Notes: generated by a model not told the origin, from the letters alone. DNA of 64,000 nucleotides from Lachnospiraceae bacterium (GCA_017411305.1 JAFQQI010000079.1:17463-81462); one strand, 5' to 3'. Positions 33,279 through 43,064 are shown, counted from the stretch's first letter. Translations and numbers: made by a program.

Positions 33279-33295
33279 ATGGAAATGGAGAAGAC

Positions 33296-34144
33296 ATGTC
33301 AATTATTTTGGATCATGTAAATCATATATATGAAGAAGATACTGCCATGGCCTTTCCGGCACTGGTAGATGTTAATCTGGTCATTCCCGATGGACAGTTT
33401 ATCGGTTTAATCGGACATACCGGATCCGGCAAGTCAACGTTGGTTCAGCATTTGAACGGACTGATAAAGCCTACATCAGGAAGCGTTTATTATAACGGTG
33501 CGGATATTCATGAAGACGGTTATAATAAGAAAGAACTCCGTAGCAAAGTGGGACTTGTATTTCAGTATCCCGAACATCAGCTGTTTGAAATTGATGTTTT
33601 TTCGGATGTGTGCTTTGGTCCTAAGAATCTCGGACTGGAGAAGAAAGATGTAGAGTTGCGTGCATATGCGGCACTTAAGCAGGTAGGAATTGCGGATGAA
33701 TATTTTTATCAGTCACCCTTTGATTTATCCGGTGGTCAAAAGAGACGTGTGGCCATTGCCGGTGTGCTTGCCATGAAGCCGGAGGTACTGATTCTAGATG
33801 AACCTACGGCAGGCTTAGACCCTAAGGGTAGAGATGAAATTTTGGAGCAGATAGCAAAACTTCGTAAAGAGACCGGCATGACAGTAATTTTGGTATCCCA
33901 CAGTATGGAGGATGTTGCCAAGTACGTGGACAGAATTATTGTGATGAATAAAGGAAAAATTATGTATGATGATGTACCTAAGGAGGTATTTCGTCATTAT
34001 AAAGAGCTTGAAGAAGTAGGACTTGCAGCACCACAGATTACTTATATTATGCAGGAATTAAGAGCCAGAGGCTTACGGGTAGATACAGATATTACTTCAG
34101 TAGAAGAAGCGAAGAAAGCTATATTACAGGCTATGGGAAGGTAG
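33296..34144 (+). CDS. ecfA2: ECF transporter ATPase A2
   Basis: GHTGSGKS, FQYPEHQLF, LSGGQKRR. Confidence 0.93.
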   Translation: MSIILDHVNHIYEEDTAMAFPALVDVNLVIPDGQFIGLIGHTGSGKSTLVQHLNGLIKPTSGSVYYNGADIHEDGYNKKELRSKVGLVFQYPEHQLFEIDVFSDVCFGPKNLGLEKKDVELRAYAALKQVGIADEYFYQSPFDLSGGQKRRVAIAGVLAMKPEVLILDEPTAGLDPKGRDEILEQIAKLRKETGMTVILVSHSMEDVAKYVDRIIVMNKGKIMYDDVPKEVFRHYKELEEVGLAAPQITYIMQELRARGLRVDTDITSVEEAKKAILQAMGR

Positions 34145-34147
34145 CAT

Positions 34148-34951
34148 ATGTTAAGAGATATTACCTTGGGACAATATTACCGGACGGACTCCCTGATACA
34201 CCGCTTAGACCCGAGAGTCAAGCTGGTGGGAACGTTGGTATTTATTATTTCCCTATTTGTTGTTGACAACTTTATAGGATATATAATTGCAGCATTACTA
34301 CTGGTATGGGTAATTAAGCTTTCCAAAGTGCCTTTTAGATTTATGGTAAGAGGTATGAAAGCGATTGTTTTCCTGTTACTGATAGCAGTGATATTTAATT
34401 TGTTTTTGACGCCGGGAGAGGCGGTATTTACTGTTTGGAAGATTCAAATCACCAGAGAGGGCATTTATCTTGCAGCCTTTATGGCAATCAGACTGGTATT
34501 TTTGCTTATGGGCTCCTCTGTGATGACATTAACAACTACGCCCAATCAACTTACCGATGGTCTTGAAAAACTGTTAAATCCGTTGAAAAAGCTAAAAGTG
34601 CCTGTGCATGAGATATCCATGATGATGTCTATTGCACTCCGGTTTATTCCGATTTTATTGGAAGAGACAGATAAAATTATGAAAGCGCAAATTGCCAGAG
34701 GTGCCGATTTCGAAAGCGGAAACCTGATTAAAAAAGCAAAAAGTCTGGTGCCTTTATTAGTGCCGTTATTTATTTCAGCATTCCGAAGAGCAAATGACCT
34801 GGCAACAGCCATGGAAGCAAGATGCTATCGCGGCGGAGAGCATCGCACCAAAATGAAACCGCTCATTTATCAAAAGAATGACAGATTGGCATATGCAGTT
34901 CTTTGGGGATATTTGGCAGTATGCATAGTTGTAGGAAGATATGCAGGATAA
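34148..34951 (+). CDS. ecfT: ECF transporter T component
   Basis: LDPRVK, ALRFIP, ARG and ARCY motifs. Confidence 0.93.
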   Translation: MLRDITLGQYYRTDSLIHRLDPRVKLVGTLVFIISLFVVDNFIGYIIAALLLVWVIKLSKVPFRFMVRGMKAIVFLLLIAVIFNLFLTPGEAVFTVWKIQITREGIYLAAFMAIRLVFLLMGSSVMTLTTTPNQLTDGLEKLLNPLKKLKVPVHEISMMMSIALRFIPILLEETDKIMKAQIARGADFESGNLIKKAKSLVPLLVPLFISAFRRANDLATAMEARCYRGGEHRTKMKPLIYQKNDRLAYAVLWGYLAVCIVVGRYAG

Positions 34952-34977
34952 CTTGCAAAAAAAGATGAGGTTACGGA

Positions 34978-35730
34978 ATGAAACGTGTGTTATTAGTGGT
35001 AGCATATGACGGAACAGCCTATAACGGTTGGCAGTTGCAACCCGGTACACCTACCATTGAGGGAGAACTGAATAAAGCATTAAGTTCCCTTCTTGGCGAG
35101 GAAATCAGGGTAATAGGCGCAAGCAGAACGGATTCCGGTGTACATGCACTTTGTAATATAGCAGTGTTTGATACGAATGCAAGAATTCCTGCAGAAAAAA
35201 TATCTTATGCACTAAACCAGCGGTTACCGGAGGGTATCAGAATCCAAAAGTCCTTGGAAGTGGCAGAAGATTTTCATCCCAGACATTGTAATAGTAAGAA
35301 AACCTATGAATATCGGATTTTGAACAGAGAATTTCCACTTCCTACCAAGCGTTTATATGCTCATTTTACTTATGTGCCTTTAGATGTGGAATTGATGCGT
35401 ATGGGAGCAAAATATTTGGTGGGAGAACACGATTTTAAAAGCTTTTGTGCTACGGCAGCAGTGGTAGAAACCACCATCAGAACCATAACGGATATCGGGG
35501 TGGAAAAAGACGGGGATGAAATTGTGATTAGAGTGTCCGGTACAGGCTTCTTATATAATATGGTAAGAATTATTGCCGGCACCCTGATGGAGATAGGAAG
35601 AGGAAATTATCCGCCACAGAAGGTGCAAGAGATTTTAGCGGCAAAAGACAGACAGGCTGCTGGACCGACAGCACCGGCTAATGGACTTACTTTAGTAAAG
35701 TATGAATTTGAAGGATTGGATGTAATGTAG
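34978..35730 (+). CDS. truA: tRNA pseudouridine(38-40) synthase
   Basis: YDGT.Y.GWQ, SRTDSGVHA, FLYNMVR. Confidence 0.97.
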   Translation: MKRVLLVVAYDGTAYNGWQLQPGTPTIEGELNKALSSLLGEEIRVIGASRTDSGVHALCNIAVFDTNARIPAEKISYALNQRLPEGIRIQKSLEVAEDFHPRHCNSKKTYEYRILNREFPLPTKRLYAHFTYVPLDVELMRMGAKYLVGEHDFKSFCATAAVVETTIRTITDIGVEKDGDEIVIRVSGTGFLYNMVRIIAGTLMEIGRGNYPPQKVQEILAAKDRQAAGPTAPANGLTLVKYEFEGLDVM

Positions 35731-35822
35731 TTTGTTTATAGCCGGATATATGCAGCGGATAGGTGAAGAATCAAACATGATTAATTTATGAAAAAATTAT
35801 GAAAAAAATTGTAAAAATGCGG

Positions 35823-35851
35823 TTGACACGCGGGGATGCGTATACTATAAT
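35823..35851 (+). promoter_or_regulatory. rplM-rpsI promoter
   Basis: Perfect TTGACA-17-TATAAT. Confidence 0.9.
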
Positions 35852-35857
35852 ATTTCA

Positions 35858-36028
35858 ATGTGGCGAAGTTTGGTAATGCTATGCCAATAGCCCCGGCAGA
35901 GCATTATAAATAGAGTACCTAAAGCGGTATTAAGTCTCAGAAGCATGGCCCGGACATCTGTGCTGACGAGCAGGATACCAAGAGGAAATGTGTGCAATGC
36001 ACATAGATAATTAGACGGAGGTAATACA
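35858..36028 (+). promoter_or_regulatory. probable L13 ribosomal protein leader
   Basis: ~170-nt leader with hairpins and a CCCCGG motif upstream of rplM, where Firmicutes L13 leaders occur. Confidence 0.5.
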
Positions 36029-36457
36029 ATGAAAACATTTATGGCTAGCCCTGCTACCATCGAAAGAAAATGGTATGTAGTTGATGCTACAGATATGACA
36101 CTCGGACGTTTAGCTTCTGAAGTAGCAAAAGTTTTAAGAGGAAAGAACAAAGCAATCTTTACTCCCCACATCGATACAGGTGATAACGTAATCGTTATTA
36201 ATGCAGAAAAGGTTAAAGTAACAGGTAAGAAGTTAGAACAGAAGATTTACTATCATCACTCCGATTATGTTGGTGGAATGAAGGAAACCACATTAAAGGA
36301 AATGATGGCTAAGAAGCCTGAAAAGGTTATCGAGCTTGCTGTTAAGGGCATGCTTCCCAAAGGACCTTTAGGAAGACAGATGTACAAGAAGCTTCACGTA
36401 TATGCAGGTCCTGAGCATCAGCATGCAGCTCAGAAACCCGAAGTATTAACATTTTAA
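36029..36457 (+). CDS. rplM: 50S ribosomal protein L13
   Basis: WYVVDA, LGRLAS, GMLPKG. Confidence 0.99.
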   Translation: MKTFMASPATIERKWYVVDATDMTLGRLASEVAKVLRGKNKAIFTPHIDTGDNVIVINAEKVKVTGKKLEQKIYYHHSDYVGGMKETTLKEMMAKKPEKVIELAVKGMLPKGPLGRQMYKKLHVYAGPEHQHAAQKPEVLTF

Positions 36458-36484
36458 TCAAGGGACTGAAAGGAGAAAATAAAG

Positions 36485-36880
36485 ATGGCTAAAGCAGCAA
36501 AATGCTACGGAACAGGTAGAAGAAAAAAATCAATTGCCAGAGTATATTTAGTACCCGGTAAAGGAAATATTACAATTAACAAGAGAGACATTGACGAATA
36601 TTTTGGTCTTGAAACATTAAAGGTTATCGTTCGTCAGCCCTTAGTTGCAACTGAAACAGTTGAGAAGTTTGACGTTTTAGTAAACGTTAAAGGTGGCGGC
36701 TACACAGGTCAGGCCGGTGCTATCAGACATGGTATTGCAAGAGCATTACTTCAGGCTGATGCTGATTTCAGACCCGTACTTAAGAAAGCAGGTTTCTTAA
36801 CAAGAGACCCTCGTATGAAAGAAAGAAAGAAATACGGTCTCAAAGCAGCGAGAAGAGCACCCCAGTTTTCAAAGAGATAG
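36485..36880 (+). CDS. rpsI: 30S ribosomal protein S9
   Basis: [19 protein letters not shown]. Confidence 0.99.
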   Translation: MAKAAKCYGTGRRKKSIARVYLVPGKGNITINKRDIDEYFGLETLKVIVRQPLVATETVEKFDVLVNVKGGGYTGQAGAIRHGIARALLQADADFRPVLKKAGFLTRDPRMKERKKYGLKAARRAPQFSKR

Positions 36881-37032
36881 TTATATCTGCGATGTCAGAA
36901 TATACAAGAAAGCATCTGCAAGTTTACTTGCCAGATGCTTTCTTTGTGTATTCTGACCATCATAGGATGGCTGAGATGACCGACTTGAAGCGAAGCGGAA
37001 AGGAGGTTCATCTCTAGGCATCGCAGATATAA
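36881..37032. repeat. 152-bp element with 14-bp terminal inverted repeats
   Basis: TTATATCTGCGATG/CATCGCAGATATAA enclosing three hairpins, immediately after the rpsI stop. Confidence 0.75.
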
Positions 37033-37037
37033 TGTGT

Positions 37038-37075
37038 AAAGCCCCGGAATGCTTGCATTCATGGGGCTTTTGTTA
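37038..37075 (+). terminator. terminator downstream of rpsI
   Basis: AAAGCCCC-GAATGC/GCATTC-GGGGCTTTTGTT. Confidence 0.75.
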
Positions 37076-37087
37076 TACGTATTTGTT

Positions 37088-38244
37088 CATAGGAATGCAA
37101 GAGATGACGAAATAAATGCGAAGCACAGTTTAAGTAAATATAAATCAGAAGAATATAACACCGATAATATTTTTCTGATATATGGAACAGACAATCCTGT
37201 TCAGGATGTAAAAGCAGTTTATCATCAGGGATTTGATGAAGCTTTTTAAAAGTCTATAATGAAAATCAAACCAGAGCAGATCGTAAGATTAAAGACTATT
37301 TTAAACATGTAGCCAATAAGGAACAGGATATGGCGGTGGAGACTATCATCCAAGTAGGAGATAGAGCATATTGGCAAGAACATTGGGAAAACAAAGTATT
37401 TATGAGAGAAATCTACCGGATGATTTTAGCGGAGTTACAATATCAACTTCCACAGTTCGTAGTAGCCAATGTGGTAGTCCATATGGTTGAGGACAGTCCC
37501 CATATGCATGTAGTGGGAGTTCCAGTAGGAACCGGCTACAAAAAGGGAATGTCCAAGCAAGTATCCAAACGAAAGGTATTTACCAAAGATGTGTTTTCGA
37601 TAGTTCTTCAGGACAGATTAAGGACATTTGCAAATGAAAAAGCGAAAATTGTTCTTGGAGAACAGATAAGAGAAAAGTCAAAAGGTTGCAGTCATGATTT
37701 ATCGGTTATGGAGTATAAGGTATTAAAAGAGGAAATTCGTTACGACGAATTGAAAAGAGCAGGCTGACGAAAAGCAACAAGAGAATGAGCAGTTGGAGCG
37801 TGAAAAGACACATATTGTTCAGCAGTATGATACCTTATCCATGCGGGTAGCCGTTAAGCAAATGGATTATGAAGAAGCTGATGAACGAGTAAAAGAGGCA
37901 AATGAGCGAACTGACAGAATTAGTCCTATATCAAAATGCAAAGTGATACTCTGGTGGATTTGGAGGAAAAGGCAACAAAACTGGAGAGAAAAGCGGAGAT
38001 TGCAGAACAGGTATATGAAGTGGTTTGTGGTTCCGGTGGTAATGAAGCCTTGAGAGAGAAATTTATAGATGTTATGTATGAGAATGAGCAATTAAAGGCT
38101 GAAAACGCTAAACTTCGGGAAACACTGAATAAGGCATACGATTTCATGAAGCAATTTGTGCTGGATGGAAGGAATCTGATGGAAAGGTTTCTGGAGAGTA
38201 TCGGACAGGTGGTTGAGAAGGTTAGGGATGGGTTTAGAAGGTAA
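37088..38244 (+). pseudogene. MobV/Pre (plasmid recombination enzyme) relaxase pseudogene
   Basis: Fragments in several frames with breaks near 37245, 37765 and 37930. YNENQTRADRKIKDY, VVHMVEDSPHMH (HxDExxPHxH with D>V), LSVMEYK and a coiled-coil tail; 5' end missing. Confidence 0.8.
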
Positions 38245-38248
38245 TGGA

Positions 38249-38275
38249 TGTGGGGCAATATATGGTTGCCCCATA
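38249..38275. terminator. hairpin after mob remnant
   Basis: TGGGGCAA/TTGCCCCA stem, followed by an A run. Confidence 0.5.
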
Positions 38276-38293
38276 AAATATATTAAAAAATGC

Positions 38294-38384
38294 TTGAAAT
38301 AAATTAAATAAATGCTATAATCAAAACAGAACAAACGTTCTTGTTATAAAGTCCATACAAGTCCAATAAATTCCTAAAAAGTAT
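38294..38384 (+). promoter_or_regulatory. RM operon promoter with LexA-type box and phased direct repeats
   Basis: TTGAAA-16-(TG)TATAAT at 38294-38321; GAAC-AAAC-GTTC at 38329-38340; AAGTCC-like repeats at 38349, 38359, 38369 and 38379. Confidence 0.7.
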
Positions 38385-38435
38385 AGAAAAATCATAATGA
38401 GTATGTTATTATATTTTTATGCAAGGAGGGATATT

Positions 38436-38609
38436 ATGGAGAATGATATTATGACAATTTCACAAGCAGCAACCTATTTGCAAGTGTGTCAAAAGACGGT
38501 AAGACGATTAATTGATAGTAAAAAGCTAGTTGCTTCAAAAGTAGGAAATACTTGGAGAATAAAAAAAGCAGATATAGAAAAATATCTAGAAGAAAATAAA
38601 AATATTTAA
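38436..38609 (+). CDS. excisionase-family (HTH_17) DNA-binding protein
   Basis: MTISQAATYLQVCQKTVRRLI...ASKVGNTWRI; AAGGAGG RBS before ATG 38436. Confidence 0.9.
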   Translation: MENDIMTISQAATYLQVCQKTVRRLIDSKKLVASKVGNTWRIKKADIEKYLEENKNI

Positions 38610-38623
38610 TGGGAGGTATTGAA

Positions 38624-40771
38624 ATGGCTAAATTTGTTGAAAAAAAAGAAGAATTTGATAATGGTTTAGGAAAGAATGAGAAAATAGCCACATCGATTGT
38701 TCCTGTAGATGGGAAATATATTTTTGATATAAAAATAAAAAATGCTTCGGGCGAGAGAATAGAAGAATACTATAAATGGCAATTCATTTACGCACTTGTA
38801 AATAGCGGAATGTATAATAAGGATTACATAGGAGTTGAAGTGCGTTTTCCAAAAGGAAACAAAACATCTGCACCATTAAAGATTGATGCAGTAATTTTTG
38901 ATGATCCTCAATGGCTGGATAAGTATAATAGTTATTGGAAAGACAAAAATATTTCTGATTTAGATTGGCTTAATGAACATATATTGACGGTCATTGAATT
39001 TAAAAAAGGTGATAAGGAGATTGAAAAAGTATATAATGGGCAAGTAAAAGCTGCTATGAAGCAAAAAGAACCATCCATGGATTATGTGCTTGGAATATAT
39101 TATGATGCAGAAAGAATGTATTTGTTTCATCGAAGAAATGGTCTCTATCTGAGATATGATGAAAACAAAAATATAAAAGGTGATGACAGTAAGATAGGGG
39201 ATTTGTCATTGCAGCTTTTTGATCCGTACATTTATTTGCCAGATTATAACGAATTGGTGGCAAAGAAGAATAAAGCAGGAACTATAGATAGAAGTTGTCG
39301 CACAATTATGGATCTTGATACGATTACCTCTAGATTAACAATTTCATTGCAAGATGCATTGTCAAGTGTTTTACGCAGTTTAGATAAAGTTGGTTTGAGG
39401 TCTCAGAGAGGTTATGAAATACTTATCCAAACTTTTGCTTTGAAAATATATGATGAAAAACATAACAAAAAGCATCCAGTAGATAAATTGAAATTTTATA
39501 TAACAGAGGATGAAGAAAAGTTTAATTCACTTAGAGAAGAGGGAATTCAAAATTTTATCAAGAGATTAAAAGAAATTTGGGTTAATGCTGAGAATGAATA
39601 TTCTAAGATATTAGGAGAGCAATTGATTGATTGGAAGGAAATAAATCAAGTTAAAGTTGTTTCTTCCATATGTAAATCATTTCAAGATTTTTCGTTTGTT
39701 AGATCTTCTAAAAGTGATATATATCAGATGATATTTTATAATTTTGCAAATGCATTTAAGAGAGATGAGTCAGCTCAGTTTTTAACACCATTGCCTATTA
39801 TAGATTTTTTGGTTAAAATGGTTAATCCACGAAAAAATGATACTGTGTTAGATCCATGTTGTGGAATTGGAGATTTCTTATCATTGTCATATGTGAATGC
39901 TTTGGAGAAGCCTGATGAATGGAAGTTAAGCGATGCAAATGTTTATGGTGTCGATATAGATCCTAATATGATCAAATTGGCAACATTGAACATGTTGTTA
40001 AATGGTGATGGAGAAGCAAAACTGTATTATAAGCCTGATTTGGGTTCTATATTGTGGAAAATTGCAGTGGGAAATCCACCGGAATTAGTTGAATTAGAAG
40101 TAGATAAACAAAAAGATGGACAATGGGATAATTGGTCAGACAAGACTAAGTTAATGGGATTTGATGTGGTATTAACAAACCCGCCATTCGGAGAGGATCG
40201 AGCGTTTAGGCCTACTAATGAGTTTGAAAAGAAAGTTATTGAAACATATGAACTATGGAATGTTGTAGGTGGCGATTCAATTGATAAAGGATTGATTTTC
40301 TTAGAAAATGCATATAGAATGCTCAAAATTGGTGGAAGAATGGGGATAGTAGTGTCGAATTCTATATCATCAATTAATAAATATGCATGTGTACGTGAGT
40401 GGTTAATGAAGAAAATGCGTATAGTTGCAGTATTTGATTTGCCACCAAATGTATTCGCAGAGACAGGTGTTAATACAAGTATTATTATTGCATACAAACC
40501 AGATGGAGAACGTTTGCAAAAATTAATAGATAGTAATTATTCGATTTTTGCAAGAGATATCAAATCTGTTGGATACGAGAAGAGAACATCAAAGAGAAAT
40601 GTTGTTTTTAATCCGGTGTATAAAATAGATTATTCAACATTTGAAATAGAGAAAGATATGGATGGTGCAATGGTTTTAGATGAGGAATTTTCTCAAATAA
40701 TAAATGAATTTAGGGATTGGTGTTTGGGACAAGAGGAAGAAATTAATCATCTGTTTTTAAAGGAGGATTAG
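38624..40771 (+). CDS. fused restriction endonuclease / N6-adenine DNA methyltransferase (type IIB/IIG-like RM subunit)
   Basis: N-terminal EE..EV..D..IEFKK PD-(D/E)xK pattern; QFLTP, motif I VLDPCCGIGDFL, motif IV NPPF. Confidence 0.85.
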   Translation: MAKFVEKKEEFDNGLGKNEKIATSIVPVDGKYIFDIKIKNASGERIEEYYKWQFIYALVNSGMYNKDYIGVEVRFPKGNKTSAPLKIDAVIFDDPQWLDKYNSYWKDKNISDLDWLNEHILTVIEFKKGDKEIEKVYNGQVKAAMKQKEPSMDYVLGIYYDAERMYLFHRRNGLYLRYDENKNIKGDDSKIGDLSLQLFDPYIYLPDYNELVAKKNKAGTIDRSCRTIMDLDTITSRLTISLQDALSSVLRSLDKVGLRSQRGYEILIQTFALKIYDEKHNKKHPVDKLKFYITEDEEKFNSLREEGIQNFIKRLKEIWVNAENEYSKILGEQLIDWKEINQVKVVSSICKSFQDFSFVRSSKSDIYQMIFYNFANAFKRDESAQFLTPLPIIDFLVKMVNPRKNDTVLDPCCGIGDFLSLSYVNALEKPDEWKLSDANVYGVDIDPNMIKLATLNMLLNGDGEAKLYYKPDLGSILWKIAVGNPPELVELEVDKQKDGQWDNWSDKTKLMGFDVVLTNPPFGEDRAFRPTNEFEKKVIETYELWNVVGGDSIDKGLIFLENAYRMLKIGGRMGIVVSNSISSINKYACVREWLMKKMRIVAVFDLPPNVFAETGVNTSIIIAYKPDGERLQKLIDSNYSIFARDIKSVGYEKRTSKRNVVFNPVYKIDYSTFEIEKDMDGAMVLDEEFSQIINEFRDWCLGQEEEINHLFLKED

Positions 40772-40774
40772 TGT

Positions 40775-42244
40775 ATGAGTTTAAATAAAATTCCAGATAC
40801 AATATCATATAATGAAGTTTTGGATAAGGGTTATTCTTTGTCACCGATAATGTATAAAAAAATACAAATTAAAAATCAAAATGTAAAAGCAGTAAAAGAA
40901 TTATTGGTTGAAGGAAATGAGTATCAAAAAGGAAATGAGCCAGGAAGTCAATGGTATGTAAAGAAATCAAACAAATATTTATTAAGAACAAAGGCTTTAC
41001 AGGACTTTAGTTATTTGATTTATCCAAAAGGTGATTGTATTATTCCTATTAATCCTAAGAAGTACATTAACTTAAAATTGGAAAAAGGAGATATCCTTTT
41101 GTCAAAAGATTCTAACATAGGTGAAGTTGCGATTATTTGTGCTAGTGAATGTGAAGATAAAGATTTTAGTAGTGGAATAGTAAAATTAAATATTAAGGAA
41201 GAATATGATAACTATTATGTTTATGCTTTTTTAAAACATAGTTCCTTTAAGGAGCAACTTAATGCACTATGCCCTAAAGGAGCGACAATTCAACATGCTG
41301 GAGAAAGATGGATGCAGTGTAGAATTCCATTTCCAAATCAATCAAATAAGGAAGCAATTATAAACTGGATTTCAGAATGTGTCCAAATGATTATGGATAT
41401 GGAGAGAATTATTGCAGATAAGGCACAGAAAATTTTTGATATTATAAATATAACTCTCATTTCTAGTCAAACAGATGAAGAATATATTTATGAGTATCCT
41501 ACACTTTCTGATCTATTGGCAGAAAAACGATTAGATGCAGCTATTTATTGTAAGGAATATGCAGAAAAGATTCGATTGGTAGAAGCATTCAAAGGAGGAT
41601 ATTGGACGCCAAGTGAATATGGCTTTTCAGTAATACCGGGTCCGAGTTTGGAAATAAAATTATTGAAAACTAGAATAGATTCTGATACTTATAAAAAAGG
41701 TTTCTATCAATTACTTCTTCCAACAAATCTTTCTGAATATGGAACTGTAAACAAAGTACAGTATCTAGGCACTAAAAAGCAGCTCCCATTGCTGAAAAAG
41801 GGAGATATTTTGTTTGGTGAAGCTGGTTTTCAAAAAGGAAGGTCAACAGTTATTGTTGAAGAAATTGAAAATTGCACTACAAATGCTCATGGTTTATATG
41901 CTAGAAGGGAAGATGGTGATTTAAGAAAATCTATTTATTTTAGAAGTGTGTTCGATTGGTATCGCAGAATGAATCTTATTGATTTAATGGCTGTAGGTGG
42001 TTCGGGGGGACATTTTTCACCAGAATATTTTGAATATATCAAAATTCCTAAATTTGATGAACAGGTTATTGATGAAATTGTATCTTTATATCATACACCA
42101 GATGTCGTAGATTATGGAACAAATAGTAAGGATTATTCGCAATGGGGAATTATGCAACTCGATAAAACGGTAAAAAAATTGAAAGAGGAACTTACAACAA
42201 TTCTGGACAAGATTATTAATGATGAACAGGTGGAAGTGAGGTAG
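40775..42244 (+). CDS. RM specificity (S) subunit with two TRDs
   Basis: Two HsdS-like halves (KGDILLSKD...GATIQH...IPFP and KGDILFGE...GGH...IKIP). Confidence 0.8.
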   Translation: MSLNKIPDTISYNEVLDKGYSLSPIMYKKIQIKNQNVKAVKELLVEGNEYQKGNEPGSQWYVKKSNKYLLRTKALQDFSYLIYPKGDCIIPINPKKYINLKLEKGDILLSKDSNIGEVAIICASECEDKDFSSGIVKLNIKEEYDNYYVYAFLKHSSFKEQLNALCPKGATIQHAGERWMQCRIPFPNQSNKEAIINWISECVQMIMDMERIIADKAQKIFDIINITLISSQTDEEYIYEYPTLSDLLAEKRLDAAIYCKEYAEKIRLVEAFKGGYWTPSEYGFSVIPGPSLEIKLLKTRIDSDTYKKGFYQLLLPTNLSEYGTVNKVQYLGTKKQLPLLKKGDILFGEAGFQKGRSTVIVEEIENCTTNAHGLYARREDGDLRKSIYFRSVFDWYRRMNLIDLMAVGGSGGHFSPEYFEYIKIPKFDEQVIDEIVSLYHTPDVVDYGTNSKDYSQWGIMQLDKTVKKLKEELTTILDKIINDEQVEVR

Positions 42245-42253
42245 AATTATAGA

Positions 42254-42646
42254 ATGGAAGGAATTATTAATACACTATTGGTTTCGTGTATTCCAGCGGT
42301 GATTACCGGAGTTGTTACATATTTGACAGCGAGTAGAAATGCAAAAACTCAGATTGCATCCTTGCAAGAGAGTAACAAACATGAAATTGAAAAATTAATG
42401 AGACAACATGAAGTTGATATTGAATCACTGAAGGAAAAACATCATTTAGAAGCAGAAAAGAGCGAACAGGAACATAGACATAAAGTAGAAATTATGGAGA
42501 TTGAACATAGGAACGCATTGGAAAGCAAAGAAAAAGAACAAAGTAATGCGGCTATGTTTGGTGTTATGGCGGATGTTATAAAGGATCCTAGCAAACTGCA
42601 GGGGATTTTAGAACTTGCTAATAATCCAGCATTTAAAAAGAAGTAG
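42254..42646 (+). CDS. hypothetical protein, N-terminal TM plus His/Glu-rich coiled coil
   Basis: 130 aa, 9 bp after the S-subunit stop, GAGG RBS. Confidence 0.75.
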   Translation: MEGIINTLLVSCIPAVITGVVTYLTASRNAKTQIASLQESNKHEIEKLMRQHEVDIESLKEKHHLEAEKSEQEHRHKVEIMEIEHRNALESKEKEQSNAAMFGVMADVIKDPSKLQGILELANNPAFKKK

Positions 42647-42659
42647 AGGTGGTGGTAAA

Positions 42660-43064
42660 ATGGGATGGTATGAAGCTCTTAAAGATGGCATTAGTGTTGC
42701 TCAAAAGGCGGATAATTTGCAATTAGTAAGAGATTTGCTAGAAGCACAGCAACAAATTTTTGATTTAGTCAATGAAAATAATCAATTAAAAGAAGAAATA
42801 AAGAGATTAAATGAAGTTGTAGATATAGAAGAAAATATCGAAAGACATAAAGATGCATATATTACTTTGAAAAATGATTCTGAGAAGCTCATATATTGTT
42901 CATGTTGTTGGGATACAAAAAAGGCTTTGATTCAAGGGCAAATAGTTAATACTGGCAAATATCAATGCCCTGCGTGTAAGACAACAGCATACTATGACAG
43001 GGAAGCTTATAACAAGTCGCAGGCTGATGCGATTAGCAGTATTGCCCGAGGCGGGAGATATTAA
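42660..43064 (+). CDS. hypothetical protein, coiled coil plus Zn ribbon
   Basis: Start trimmed to ATG 42660; CSCCWD...CPAC. Confidence 0.8.
   Translation: MGWYEALKDGISVAQKADNLQLVRDLLEAQQQIFDLVNENNQLKEEIKRLNEVVDIEENIERHKDAYITLKNDSEKLIYCSCCWDTKKALIQGQIVNTGKYQCPACKTTAYYDREAYNKSQADAISSIARGGRY

Noticed and set aside
38624-42244. Classical type I RM system
   Set aside because: No HsdR helicase gene; a nuclease-like domain is fused to the methyltransferase.
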